Shown one piece after another: positions 11,794 to 24,454 of a DNA stretch of 64,000 nt. Source of the DNA: Malacoraja senta (Eukaryota). The stretch is taken from positions 11,224,001-11,288,000 of the forward strand of contig CM075995.1 of the NCBI GenBank assembly GCA_038087875.1, given 5' to 3'. Under the pieces are notes generated by a model. The model did not search any database. It saw only the letters and a list, made by a program, of their open reading frames with translations, and was not told where the DNA came from. The stretch's first letter is position 1; every line of letters begins with the position of its first letter. Both the position numbers and the translations under genes were made by a program.

Positions 11794-14700
11794 AACATAG
11801 AAACATAGAAAATAGGTGCAGGAGTAGGCCATTCGGCCCTTCGAGCCTGCACTGCCATTCAATATGATCATAGCTGATCATCCAACTCAGTATCCTGTAC
11901 CTGCTTTCTCTCCATACCCCCTGATCCCTTTAGCCACAAGGGCCACATCTAATTCCCTCTTAGATATAGCCAATGAACTGGTCTCAACTACATTCTGTCG
12001 CAGAGAATTCCAGAGATTCACCACTCTCTGTGTAAAAAATGTTTTTCTCATCTCAGTCCTAAAAGATTTCCCCTTTATCTTTAAACTGTGACCCCTTGTT
12101 CTGGACTTCCCCAACATCGGGAACAATCTTCCTGCATCTAGCCTGTCCAACCCCTTAAGAATTTTGTAAGTTTCTATAAGATCCCCCCTCAATCTTCTAA
12201 ATTCTAGCGAGTACAAGCCAAGTCTATCCAGTCTTTCTTCATATGAAAGTCCTGACATCCCAGGAATCAGTCTGGTGAACCTTCTCTGTACTCCCTCCAT
12301 GGCAAGAATATCCTTCCTCAGATTAGGAGACCAAAACTGTACGCAATACTCCAGGTGTGGTCTCACCAAGACCCTGTACAACTGCAGTAGAACCTCCCTG
12401 CTCCTATACTCAAATCCTTTTGCTATGAATGCTAACATACCATTCGCTTTCTTCACTGCCTGCTGCACCTGAATGCCTACTTTCAATGACTGGTGTACCA
12501 TGACACCCAGGTCTCGTTGCATCTCCCCTTTTCCTAATCGGCCACCATTCAGGTAATAATCTACTTTCCTGTTTTTCCCACCAAAGTGGATAACCTCACA
12601 TTTATCCACATTAGACTGCACCTGCCATGCATTTGCCCACTCACCCAGCCTATCCAAGTCATCTTGCAGCCTCCTAGCATCCTCCTCACAGCTAACACTG
12701 CCCCCCAGCTTCGTGTCATCCGCAAACTTGGAGATGTTGCATTCAATTCCCTCATCCAAATCAGTAATATATATTGTAAATAGCTGGGGTCCCAGCACTG
12801 AGCCTTGCGGTACCCCACTAGTCACTGCCTGCCATTCTGAAAAGGACCCGTTTACTCTTACTCTTTGCTTCCTGTCTGCCAGCCAGTTCTCTATCCACAT
12901 CAATACTGAACCCCCAATACTGTGTGCTTTAAGTTTGTATATTAATCTCTTATGTGGGACCTTGTCGAAAGCCTTCTGAAAGTCCAGATATAACACATCC
13001 ACTGGTTCTCCCTTATCCACTCTACTAATTACATCCTCGAAAAATTCTATAAGATTCGTCAGACATGATTTACCTTTCATAAATCCATGCTGACTTTGTC
13101 CAATGATTTCACCATTTTCCAAATGTGCTGCTATCCCATCTTTAATAACTGACTCTGGCAGTTTCCCCACTACCGATGTTAGACTAACTGGTCTGTAATT
13201 CCCCGTTTTCTCTCTCCCTCCCTTTTTAAAAAGTGTGGATACATTAGCTATCTTCCAATCCTCATGAACTACTCCAGAATCTAAGGAGTTTTGAAAAATT
13301 ATCACTAATGCATCCACTATTTCTGGGGTTACTTCCTTAAGTACTCTGGGATGCAACCTATCTGGCCCTGGGGATTTATCGGCCTTTAATCCATTCAATT
13401 TATCTAACACCACTTCCCGGCTAACCTGGATTTCACTCAGTTCCACCATCTCATTTGACCCCCGGTCCCCTGCTATTTCCGGCAGATTAATTAAGTCTTC
13501 CTTAGTGAAGACAGAACAAAAGTAGTTATTCAATTGGCTGCCATGTCCTTGTTCCCCATGATCAATTCACCTGTTTCTGACTGCAAGGGACCTACATTTG
13601 TTTTAACTAATCTTTTTCTCTTCACATATCTATAAACAATTTTGCAGTCAGTTTTTATGTTCCCTGCCAGTTTTCTTTCATAATCTATTTTCCCTTTCCT
13701 AATTAAACCCTTTGTCCTCCTCTGCTGGACTCTGAATTTCTCCCAGTCCTCTGGTAGGCTGCTTTTTCTGGCTAATTTGAATGCTTCATCTTTTGTTTTG
13801 ATACTATCCCTGATTTCCCTTGTTATCCACGGATGCACTACCTTAACTGATTTATTCTTTTGCCAAACTGGGATGAACAATTGTTGTACTTCATCCATGC
13901 AGCCTTTAAATGCTTTCCATTGCATATCCACCGTCAACCTTTTATACATAGATACATAGATACATAGAAAATAGGTGCAGGAGTAGGCCATTCGGCCCTT
14001 CGAGCCTGCACCGCCATTCAATATGATCATGGCTGATCATCCAACTCAGTATCCCGTACCTGCCTTCTCTCCATACCCCCTGATCCCTTTAGCCACAAGG
14101 GCCACATCTAACTCCCTCTTAAATATAGCCAATGAACTGGCGTCAACTACCCTCTGTGGCAGAGAGTTCCAGAGATTCACCACTCTCTGTGTGAAAAAGT
14201 TTTTCCTCATCTCGGTCTTAAAGGATTTCCCCCTTATCCTTAAGCTGTGACCCCTTGTCCTGGACTTCCCCAACATCGGGAACAATCTTCCTGCATCTAG
14301 CCTGTCCAACCCCATAAGAATTTTGTACGTTTCTATAAGATCCCCTCTCAATCTCCTAAATTCTAGCGAGTATAAGCCAAGTCTATCCAGTCTTTCTTCA
14401 TATAAAAGTCCTGACATCCCAGGAATCAGTCTGGTGAACCTTCTCTGCACTCCCTCTATGGCTATAATGTCCTTCCTCAGATTTGGAGACCAAAACTGTA
14501 CGCAATACTCCAGGTGTGGTCTCACCAAGACCCTGTACAACTGCAGTAGAACCTCCCTGCTCCTATACTCAAATCCTCTTGCTATGAAGGCCAACATACC
14601 ATTCGCTTTCTTCACTGCCTGCTGCACCTGCATGCCTACTTTCAATGACTGGTGTACCATGACACCCAGGTCTCGCTGCACCTCCCCATTTCCTAATCGG

Positions 14701-16037
14701 CCACCATTTAGATAATAGTCTGCCTTCCCGTTTTTGCCACCAAAGTGGATAACCTCACATTTATCCACATTATACTGCATCTGCCAAACATTTGCCCACT
14801 CACCCAGCCTATCCAAGTCACCTTGCAGTCTCCTAGCATCCTCCTCACAGCTAACACTGCCCCCCAGCTTAGTGTCATCCGCAAACTTGGAGATGTTGCT
14901 TTCAATTCCCTCGTCATCATTAATATAAATTGTAAATAGCTGGGGTCCCAGCACTGAGCCTTGCGGTACCCCACTAGTCACTGCCTGCCATTGTGAAAAG
15001 GACCCGTTTACTCCTACTCTTTGCTTCCTGTTTGCCAGCCAGTTCTCTATCCACATCAATACTGAACCCCCAATACCGTGTGATTTAAGTTTGTATCCTA
15101 ATCTCTTATGTGGTACCTTGTCGAAAGCCTTCTGAAAGTCCAGATACAACACATCCACTGGTTCTCCCCTATCCACTCTACTAGTTACATCCTCGAAAAA
15201 TTCTATAAGATTCGTCAGAGACGATTTACCTTTCGTAAATCCATGCTGACTGTGTCCAATGATTTCACCACTTTCCAAATGTGCTGCTATCCCATCTTTA
15301 ATAACTGACTCTAGCAGTTTCCCCACTACCGATGTTAGACTAACTGGTCTGTAATTCCCCGTTTTCTCTCTCCCTCCCTTCTTAAAAAGTGGGGTTACGT
15401 TTGCTACCCTCCAATCCTCAGGAACTACTCCAGAATCTAAAGAATTTTGAAAAATTATCACTAATGCATCCACTATTTCTGGAGCTACTTCCTTAAGTAC
15501 TCTGGGATGCAGCCTATCTGGCCCTGGTGATTTATCGGCCTTTAATCCATTCAATTTACCCAACACCACTTCCCGACTAACCTGGATTTCACTCGGGAAG
15601 TGGTGTTGGGTAAATTGAATGGATTAAAGGCCGATAAATCACCAGGGCCAGATAGGCTGCATCCCATTTTAAGAATCAATTGCCAGTCTATCTTGGCCAA
15701 TTCACTTCTCATACCCTCAAAGTTACCCTTCTTTAAGTTCAGAACCCTTGTTTCTGAATCACTTATGTCACTCTCCATCCTAATGAAGAACTCAACCATA
15801 TTATGGTCACTCTTGCCCAAGGGGCCACGCACAACAAGACTGCTAACTAACCCTTCCTCATTACTCAATACCCAATCTAGAATAGCCTGCTCTCTCGTTG
15901 GTTCCTCTACATGTTGATTTAGAAAACTATCCCACATACATTCCAAGAAATTCTCTTCCTCAGCACCCTTGCCAATTTGATTCACCCAATCTATATGTAG
16001 ATTAAAGTCACCCATTATACCTGTTTTACCTTTGTTG
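11794..16037 (-). mobile_element. CR1 LINE, 5'-truncated, split by a younger CR1 (13945-15666)
   Basis: 548-aa RT ORF 11887-13533 (QGSVLGP, FADD); endonuclease part at 15667-16037. Confidence 0.95.
13945..15666 (-). mobile_element. Young 5'-truncated CR1 with fold-back 5' end
   Basis: 507-aa RT ORF 14046-15569; TSD TTTTA at 13940-13944 / 15667-15671; 74-bp inverted repeat at its 5' junction. Confidence 0.95.
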
Positions 16038-17075
16038 TAGAGTCACTGTGGATTGAGTTGAGGAATTGTAAAGGCAAGAAGACACTAATTGGTGTTATTT
16101 ACAGACCCCCAAATAGTAGCCGGGATGCAGGGTGTAAGTTGCAGCAGGAGTTAAAACTGGCATGTAACAAAGGTAATGCCACTGTGGTGATGGGGGATTT
16201 CAATATGCAGGTAGACTGGGACAATCAGGTTGGTTGAGGACCCTAAGAAAGAGAGTTTGTAGAATGCCTCCGAGATGGATTCTTAGAGCAGCTTGTAATG
16301 GAGCCGACCAGAGAAAAGGCAATTCTGCATTTAGTGTTGTCCAATGAACCAGATATGATAAGAGAACTCGAGGTAAAGGAACCGCTTGGAGGTAGTGATC
16401 ATAATATGATTAGTTTTAATCTGCAATTTGAGAAGGAGAACGTTAAATCGGAAGTGGCAGTGATGCAGTTGAACAAAGGGGACTATGAAGCATGAGAGGG
16501 GAGCTGGCCAAGGTAGACTGGAAAGGGATCCTAGCAGGAATGACGGTGGAACAGCAATAGCGGGAATTTCTGGGCATAATCCGGAAGACGCGGAATCATT
16601 TCATTCCAAAAAGGAAGAAAGAATCTAAGGGTAGTAGGAGGCAACCGTGGCTGACAAGAGAAGTTAGGGATAGAATAAAACTAAAAGAAAAGATGTATAA
16701 CATTTATGGAATTCCCTGCCACAGAGAGCAGTGGAGGCCAAATCACTGGATGGATTTAAGAGAGAGTTAGATAGAGCTCTAGGGGCTAGTGGAGTCAAGG
16801 GATATGGGGAGAAGGCAGGCACGGGTTATTGATAGGAGACGATCAGCCATGATCATAATGAATGGCGGTGCTGGCTCGAAGGGCCGAATGGCCTCCTCCT
16901 GCACCTATTTTCTATGTTTCTATGAACTGCCCACCCATTCCTCCCCCACACACACTTCCAGCCCCGCTCCCCCATCCTCTCCACCATACACCCATCCCCC
17001 AGCCTCGCACCCCCACCCACACACAAATAGCCCCCCTCCCCCACCGATGGCTCCGCTCAGCCCCCCCCCCCCCAC

Positions 17076-17165
17076 CTGCTGGATGAGGGTGAATGCCTGC
17101 TGTGCGTCGCCGCGGATACAGGCCCGGTGCAGGGGGGTCTCCCCCTTCATGTTCCGCTTCCACTT
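17076..17165 (-). CDS. TONSL: TONSL-like ankyrin exon, 90 bp (KWKRNMKGETPLHRACIRGDAQQAFTLIQQ)
   Basis: Acceptor atatttcag at 17166, donor GTGGGG at 17075; phase 0/0; GETxLHRACI motif of the TONSL first ankyrin repeat. Confidence 0.92.
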
Positions 17166-17219
17166 CTGAAATATCAAAGGGGGTGAGGTTAGCAGGGTCG
17201 CCCTATGACCCCTGCCCCC

Positions 17220-17532
17220 TCCCTCAGTACCGCCCTCCCTCACTGACTCTACCTCAGTTCCACCCCTCCCTTACCGCCCAACTTCAGTACCGCAATCCAT
17301 CACTGCCCATCCCACAATACCCTCAGTACCGCCCCTCCGTCTGTACCCCACCCCCCCAGTACCCCACTCTCCCATTACCCCTCTCCCATTACCTCACTCC
17401 CCCAGTACCCCCGCCCCTCAGTACCCCACTCCCCCAGTACCCCAGTACCCCTCCCTCAGTACCCCACTCCCCCAGTACCCCACTCCCTCAGTACCCCACT
17501 CCCTCAGTACCCCACTCCCCCAGTACCCCACT
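17220..17532. repeat. Minisatellite (cagtaccccactccc-like)
   Basis: Directly visible. Confidence 0.85.
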
Positions 17533-17934
17533 ACATGTCTCGGAGCTCCGAAAAATTGCACAATTTTGTGGATTGTCTTTTTGGAGCAGGTACAACTCTG
17601 TGTGTTTTGGGCTGTGAGCTGTGTCATAATCGAACTACATAGCTCCCACAACAGTGGCTGGCAGCCTGCCAACAAACAGTGTTGCACCAAAAGGGGGAAA
17701 ACAACGCTTCTAGACTTTATGCTTAAGAAGGAACTGCAGATGCTGGAAAATCAAAGGTAGACAAAAATGCTGGAGAAACTCAGCGGTCTCATCTGTGTCT
17801 GGAACAACCCCCTGCTGCCTCATCGTAACTGACCGGGCTGGTCCGGTTTTGTGTGGTGTGGGAGGATTTCTACACCGTCTCGACTTTCTGAATGCGGCCT
17901 TGGAAGCTGGAACTGACCCATTCTTAATATTTTT

Positions 17935-18243
17935 TTAGTTTCGAGATACAGCGCGGAAACAGGCCCTTCGACCCATCGAGCCTGCACCGACAAGCAATCC
18001 CCGCACATTAACACACACACAATCGGCACAATTTTGCATCTATACCAAGCCAATTAACCTACAAACCTGAACGTCTTTGGAGTGTGGGAGGAAACCGAAG
18101 ATCTCTGAGAAAATCCACGCGGTCACGAGGAAAACGTACAAACTCTGTAGTGACAGCACCCGTAGTCGGGATGGAACCCGGGTCTCCGGCGCTGCAAGCG
18201 CTGTAAGGCAGCAACTCTACCACTGCGCCACCGTGGCCGCCCT
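17935..18243 (-). mobile_element. Full-length V-SINE (HE1-like)
   Basis: tRNA-like head with A/B boxes at the right end, V-domain (gtgtgggaggaaaccgaag), CR1-derived 3' end. Confidence 0.85.
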
Positions 18244-18534
18244 CGGCAAGACCAGCCGAGGGCGGTCACGCAACAGACAGCAGAAATCCCCTTTGTTGCT
18301 GCAGGAACAGTGAAGACCAGCTGGGGTTATCTGCGAGAATCCGCAGCTCCCCGAGGAACAGGTTTGGGAGCCGCCATTACCGGACACTTTCATCCTCCGA
18401 GCCAACACCACTCGTCTCCCTCCCTCGAACTGTCCCTAGTTTGTGTGTGGGCACTGGCTTCATGCCATTTGGACAATTTGTTATTTGTAACTGTACTTTA
18501 GTATAGTAATTGTCATCATGCCGGGTCAGCGTTC

Positions 18535-20290
18535 TGGGGAACCAGCGCCTTGCCAGAGCTATGCCCAGGCAGCCCCTCTGCCACTGGCCCCAGGGTTGAC
18601 ACTGAGGTAAGGGAGAGACCAGCGGGTAGGGAAGAGGCAACCGCTGCACAGGGTGAGGCCGGTGTATCAGGCACCAAGGTTGTGTCCAAAGATGGGGATG
18701 GGGATGGGGACTCCATCCACAGTGGGTGGGTGGAAGGGGACTCCTCGGATAGTGAGTCCATGGAGTTTCTCGCTCCCCCCGACGCCACTCCACTCATCCC
18801 AGTGGAGGAAATCCGCGAGTTCATCGCGGCCACCGAAGCAGCCACACATCGGCCCAATCTGGCCCCCCTCTGATGGCCAAACATTGCACGGGCTCACCAG
18901 CTCGCTGAACCTCGTCCTCGCAAAGGAAAGGGGCAAAGTGATGAAGGGGAACGACCGGCGTCAGCTCAGGATCTTCTAGTACGACCTGGAAAAGGGACGC
19001 TGAGGTCCAGAGCAGCGTCGTTCCTGCTGAGGGTAGAGGGACCAGTAACGTGTCCCTTGGAGCCTGGACCCAGAAGCAAAAGGCAACTCCGCTCCACCTT
19101 GGGTCCGTAGGGGGAGGAGCAGCTCTGGTGTCAGCGACCAGGGGACAGGTGAGGGGATCTACTGTACTCATGACATGGCGATCACCATAGCCAGTTATAA
19201 CGTGAATGGCAGCAGGGGGTCTCTCCGCAGGTTTAACCATCTCTCAATCCTGAGAGATGGGAGATATGTGGTGAGCTTCCAGCAGGAAACCCACACCAAC
19301 GCAGCAGATGAGTCCACCTGGCCCGGATCCATTCGGATCGCACTTTGTGGCCCGGATCCATCTTTTATACGCCACCGTGGAGTGCCTCGTTAAAGGAACC
19401 TTGACAGCCCCCATTCCCTTTGGCAGAGGAGTACGTCAGGGCTGCCAACTATACGCCATCTGTGTGGAGCCGTTCCTTAGTCTGCTTCAGTGGAGGTTGA
19501 GGGGCATGGTTCTACGCGAGCCAGACATGGAGGTGGTCCTCTCAGCCTATGCCGATAAACATCCTCATGATCACTGACCCCTTCGACCTGCAGAAGATGC
19601 GCGAGTGCCAACGGGTCTTCTCGGCCAGGACAAACATGGGGAAATGTTCCGGACTCTTGGTGGTCGCTAACAGGTGGACTCCCTCTGGAGGAGATGTGGC
19701 CTTTCACTTGGAGCACCACACACTTCCTCTACTTGGGAGTCTACCTGGCTGGCGAACTGGCAGGAGCTGGAGATGAAAGTCGTCGCCGGGTTGGGGCGTT
19801 GGTAAGGTCTCCTCAGAGTGCTTTCACTCCTCAGAGTGCTTTCGGAGTGCCGGGTTGGGGTGTTGGTCATTAACCAACTGGTGGCCTCCATGCTCTGGTA
19901 CCGGTAGACAACCGTGGTCCCATCGGCCACCTTTGCCGGGATCATCCGAAGGAAGTTGGTGGACGTTTTCTGGGGCAACGGAAAGCACTGGGTCTCTGCA
20001 GCGGTCCTGATTCTCCTGATCGAGGAGGGCGGTCAGTCGCTGGTGTGCATTCTCACCCAGATGGCAGCTGTCCGCCTCAGGACCCTGCGGAGATACTAGA
20101 AAGGGACTACGCGCTGTCCATGTCCGCCCTGGGGAATTCACAGGACCGCTGGGCACCGCGGGGATGGAATGCATCTTTGACAAGAGAGTAAAAGTGTAGC
20201 ATTTAAGAATATTTGTTTAGTTAGTTGGGGGGTTTTGTATTACAGTGGTGGATTTGTTTGGCATTGTTTTGTATTGTATATATTATTGCC
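18535..20290 (+). mobile_element. Tx1-clade LINE, heavily deleted
   Basis: ORF2 start MAITIASYNVNGSR..QQETH (APE endonuclease); RT remnants FGRGVRQGC and LSAYAD. Confidence 0.75.
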
Positions 20291-21002
20291 ATAACTGATC
20301 TTCATCTTTGGACACCCTGTGGCGCCCCTCCCTCACTACCGCCCCTCCCACAGTGAGCTTGCGAGGGACTGCCCTTCCTCCCTTCCCCACCACATGCTGC
20401 TGCACGCTGATTTCCCGGAAGGGAGGATGTGGTCTCGCCAGCATCTATAGTTCGGAAACAGCACAGACTCGAAGACTGAAGCAGCCAGTGTGAAGGTCAG
20501 TGGGGGAAAGTTGCCCTCGTGAGTCACGACATTGCGTAAGCATCAGGAAGTCACGATGCAGCTTCATAATACTTTGGCCTGGCAGCATTTGGAGAGTTGC
20601 GTGCACATCTGCTCGCCTCATCACAGGAAAGATGTGCCACTTTGGACAGGGTGCAGAGGATGCTGCCTAGATTAGAGGGTTTCAGCTAGGGACGGACTTG
20701 GATTGTTTTCTCTGGAATGCCAGTTGAGGGGACACCTGGTAGACATATATTCAATTACAAGAGCAATAGACAGGGTAGACAGCCAGAACCTTTCATCCCA
20801 GGATGGCCATTTGCAAGACTAGACTATCTTTAATAGACAGAAAATGCTGGAGTAATTCAGTGGCTCAGGCAGCAGCTTTGGAGAAAAGGAACAGGTGACA
20901 TTTCGGGTCGAGACCCTACATCAGGCTTAGTCTGAGTTACTCCAGCATTTTGTGTCTATCTTCAGTGTAAACCAGTATCTGCAGTTACTTAGGTATATCA
21001 GG

Positions 21003-22610
21003 TTGTTTAAAAAAGAACTGCAGATGCTGGAAAAATCGAAGGTAGACAAAAATGCTGGAGAAACTCAGCGGGTGAGGCAGTATCTATGGAGCGAAGGAAT
21101 AGGTGATGTTTCGGGTCGAGACCTTTCTTCAGACTGATGTGGGGATGACGCGGTGGGAGGGCGGGAAGAAGAATGGAAGAGGCGGAGACATTGGGCTGTG
21201 GGAGAGCTGGGAAGGGAAAGAGGAAGAAAGCAAGGACTACCTGAAATTGGAGGTCAATGTTCATACCGCTGGGGTGTAAACTGGAGGTCAATGTTCATAC
21301 CGCTGGGGTGTAAACTGGAGGTCAATGTTCACACCGCTGGGGTGTAAACTGGAGGTCAATGTTCATACCGCTGGGGTGTAAACTGGAGGTCAATGTTCCT
21401 ACCGCTGGGGTGTAAACTGGAGGTCAATGTCCATACCGCTGGGGTGTAAACTGGAGGTCAATGTTCATACCGCTGGGGTGTAAACTACCCAAGCAAAATA
21501 TGAGGTGCTGCTCCTCCAATTTGCGGTGGGCCTCACTCTGGCCATGGAGGAGGCCCAGGACAGAAAAGTCGCATTCGGAATGGGAGGGGGAGTTGAAGTG
21601 CTGAGCCAATGGGAGATCAGGTTGGTTATTGCGAACTGAGCGGAGGTGTTGGGCAAAGCAATTGCCTACGCTTGGTCTCACCGATGCAGAGCAGCTGACA
21701 CCCAGAGCAGCGGATGCAATAGATAAGGTTGGAGTCGGTGCAGGTGAACCTCTGCCGCACCTGGAAAGACTGCTTAGGTCCTTGGTTGGAGTCAAGGGGG
21801 GAGGTAAAGTGACATGTGTAGCATTTCCTGCGGTTGCAAGGGAAAGTACCAGGGGAGGGGGTGGTTTGAGTGGGAAGGGACGAATTGACCAGGGAGTTAC
21901 GGAGGGAGCGGTCTCTGCAGAAAGCCGAAAGGGAAGGAGATGGGAAGATGTGGCCAGTGGTGGGTTCCCGTTGGAGGTGGTGAAAATGTCGGAGGATTAT
22001 TTGTTGTATGTGATGGCTGGTAGGGTGGAAGGTGAGGACAAGGGGGACTCTGCCCTTGTTATGAGTGGGGGGATGGGGAGTGAGAGCAGAGCAGCGGGAT
22101 ATGGAGGAGACCCTGGTGAGAGCCTCATCTATAGTCGAAGAGGGGAACCCCCGTTCCATAAAGAATGAGAACCTCATCCTGGGAGCAGATGTGGCGTAGA
22201 CGGAGGAATTGTGAGTAGGGGATAGAGTCCTTACAGTAAGCAGGGTGGGAATAAGTGTAGTCCAGGTAGCCATGGGAGTCAGTGTGTTTGTAGTAGATGT
22301 CAGTCAGTAGTCTGTTACCTGTGGTGGAGATAGCGAGGTCCAGAAACAGTAGGGAGATGTCGGAAATGGTCCAGGTGTATTTGAGTGCCGGATGCAAGTT
22401 AGTGGTGAAATGGATGAAGTCAGTGAGTTCTGCCTGGGTGCAGGAGGTAGCACCAATGCAGTCGTCAATGTAGCGGAGGTAGACTTCAGTAATAGGGCCA
22501 CGGTACGCCTCGAACAAGGATTGTTCGATGTACCCTACAAAGAGGCAGGCATAGCTGGGGCCCATGCGAGTGCCCATAGCTACGCCTTGGATTTGGAGGA
22601 AACGGGAGTC
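21003..22610 (-). mobile_element. Penelope-like element, 5'-truncated
   Basis: RT MGTRMGPSYACLFVG..YLRYIDD; GIY-YIG-like NLIYCIRC..CIGETKR; terminal hammerhead-like core. Confidence 0.9.
21249..21486. repeat. 7 x 34-bp tandem repeat inside Penelope
   Basis: ggaggtcaatgttcataccgctggggtgtaaact starting at 21249, 21283, 21317, 21351, 21385, 21419, 21453; no spacers. Confidence 0.95.
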
Positions 22611-22629
22611 AATAGTGATGGTGATAGTG

Positions 22630-23325
22630 GAGAAGTTTAAAGGATATGCTCAGGACAAGTTTTGTTTTTAACACAGAGGGTGGTGATGAGGGCCTGGAAT
22701 GTGTTGCCAGGTGTGGTGGTGGATAGATTCCTAGTGCCATTTAAGGAACATGGAAGTGACATATGGTTTAGAGGTATATGGGCCAAACATGGGCAGGTGG
22801 GATTAGTGTAGTGGCGGCATCTTGGACGGCATGAGGACGTTGGACCGAAGGGTCTATTTTCGTTGCTGTTTGACCATAACACAACTCACTCTGTAACTCA
22901 AGCTCAGGTTAACATATGATGGCCATTTGTCGGCACTGGACCTGTACTCGCTGGAGTTTGGAAGGATGAGGGGGACCTCATTGAAACATACAGAATAGTG
23001 ACAGGCCTGGAGAGAGGGGATGTGGAGAGGGTGTTTCCACTAGTGGGAGAGTCTAGGACTAGAGGTCATAACCTCAGAATTAAAGGATGAATGAGGAGGG
23101 ATTTCTTTAGTCAGGTAGTAGTGAATCTGTGGAATTCAATGCCACAGACAGCTGCGCAGGCCATCAATGCATATTTTTTAAGGCAGAGATTGATAGGTTC
23201 TTGATTACTAAGGGGTTATGGAGCGAAGGCAGCAGAATGAGGTTGAGAGGGAAAGATAGAGCAGCCATTGAATGGAGTAGACTTGATGGGTTGAATAGCT
23301 TAATTCTACTTCTAGAACACATGAA
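22630..23325 (+). mobile_element. Old CR1 3' fragments
   Basis: ctgtactcgctggagttt and gtgaatctgtggaattc motifs with 3'UTRs. Confidence 0.7.
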
Positions 23326-23541
23326 CAGATGAAGCCCAGGTAACAATCCTGGGGACTCTCTTCGGCACACGCTGCAATGAATGGCATCCTTCCCGTAGCT
23401 GGGTGAGCAGAGCCCACACAGTGTGCAATACTTCAACCCCTCAAGGGGCTGGTAGGGATGGGCATGGCCTCTGACCACCAGGGTGCTGGCGACAGGAGGG
23501 TCGATGGTGAGGATGTGGGCAGTGTCGGAGTCCTCACTCAC

Positions 23542-23597
23542 CTTCCTGTTCTGTGCCGTGTACATGGTGCTCTCTGGCAGCCTGCCGTGCCCTCGCC
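23542..23597 (-). CDS. TONSL: TONSL-like gene exon 2, 56 bp (GRGHGRLPESTMYTAQNRK)
   Basis: Acceptor tgtgttgcag at 23598, consensus donor AAG|GTGAGT at 23541; phase 0 join gives NRK-KWKRN. Confidence 0.7.
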
Positions 23598-23919
23598 CTG
23601 CAACACAGCACGTCAACATCACCGCTGCAACCCAGTAGCACGACAATGGGCCGAAGGGCCTGTTTACCCCTCCCCCACCACCCCCACATCCTCAGGGGAG
23701 GAGAGAGAAGGGGGGAGGAGAGAGAGAGAGAGGAGGGGAGAGAGAGAGGGGGGAGAGAAGGGAAAGGGGAAGAGAAAGGAAAGGGGGGGTAGAGGGGGAA
23801 GGGGGAAGACGGGGGGGGGGGGGGGGGGGGGAGAGGGGGGATGGGGAGAAGAGGGGGGAGGAGGAGAGGCAGAAGATGATGCGGATGGGGACAGTGAAAG
23901 TGAAAGTGAAAGTGAAAGT

Positions 23920-24370
23920 GAGTCGGCAGGTCCGGCCGAGTGACCGGTGCCCTGGACGACTGGGGGATTGTCCGGCGAGTCGCTCCTGCCCGGACCCCTC
24001 TCCTCCCGCCCCCCCAGCACTCACCCTCACCCTCTCCCTCTCCCTCTCCCTCTCCAAGACCCGACCCACCCACACAGACGGCCGGTCTGCCCTGTCCTGC
24101 ACTCACCCCAGTCGCCGGGCGCCGGGCTGGAGCGGGACCGCATCTGCATGGCTCTCTCTCTCTCTCCTCACCGCCCGCGCAGGGCTCTCAGTTGCCGGGG
24201 AGGGCGTGGACGGCGCCGGATAGGGGCGGAGGATTGCGATGACTGTCCTCCGGGAAGGAGCTAGCTGGGAGAGGGGGCGTGGGGTTAAGGAAGAGGGCGT
24301 TAGACGGACGCATTTGCAGCAGGGAAGACAGCTCCTTTCGGCCCGACCCAAAATGCAAACATCGACGCAA
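23920..24370 (-). promoter_or_regulatory. CpG-island promoter / first exon region
   Basis: Dense CpG outside any recognisable repeat; GC boxes ggggcggag (~24223) and gggggcgtgg (~24273). Confidence 0.65.
24107..24149 (-). CDS. TONSL: TONSL-like gene coding exon 1 (MQMRSRSSPAPGDW-G)
   Basis: GCC-ATG at 24149, in-frame TGA 21 nt upstream, donor GTGAGT at 24106; 43 nt gives phase 1 matching exon 2. Confidence 0.6.
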
Positions 24371-24454
24371 GTCACTTTTACAACATAGAAACAGTGAACT
24401 AGATGCCAAATCTAAACGCTGATCTCAGTCTCCATCACAGGAGGTAGACTATCG

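Larger units (their letters stand above)
10190..16925 (+). mobile_element. CR1 LINE (5'UTR, ORF1 esterase, ORF2 endonuclease, 3' end), split at 11793/16038 by nested CR1s; RT region deleted
   Basis: ORF1 SGNH-esterase motifs (CLPGARI, VVVHVGTND, RDGLHL); ORF2 start LYMNVRSIRSK; endonuclease resumes at 16038; tail near 16905-16925. Confidence 0.85.

Noticed and set aside
11887..15569. 548- and 507-aa RT ORFs as host genes or autonomous elements
   Set aside because: 5'-truncated CR1 ORF2 fragments with tails and TSDs.
8358..17165. Ankyrin exons as BARD1 or SLF1
   Set aside because: HRACI, GHPL and the longer QCGGTTVLHDAL repeat, plus downstream LRR exons, fit TONSL; no RING or BRCT exons seen.
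21249..21486. 34-bp repeat array as a CRISPR array
   Set aside because: Units are head-to-tail with no unique spacers, derive from Penelope sequence, and the context is eukaryotic with no cas genes.
23458..24264. Overlapping ORFs including the acidic DSESESE peptide on +
   Set aside because: Low-complexity GA/G tracts and a (GAAAGT)n repeat; wrong strand for the TONSL acidic region.
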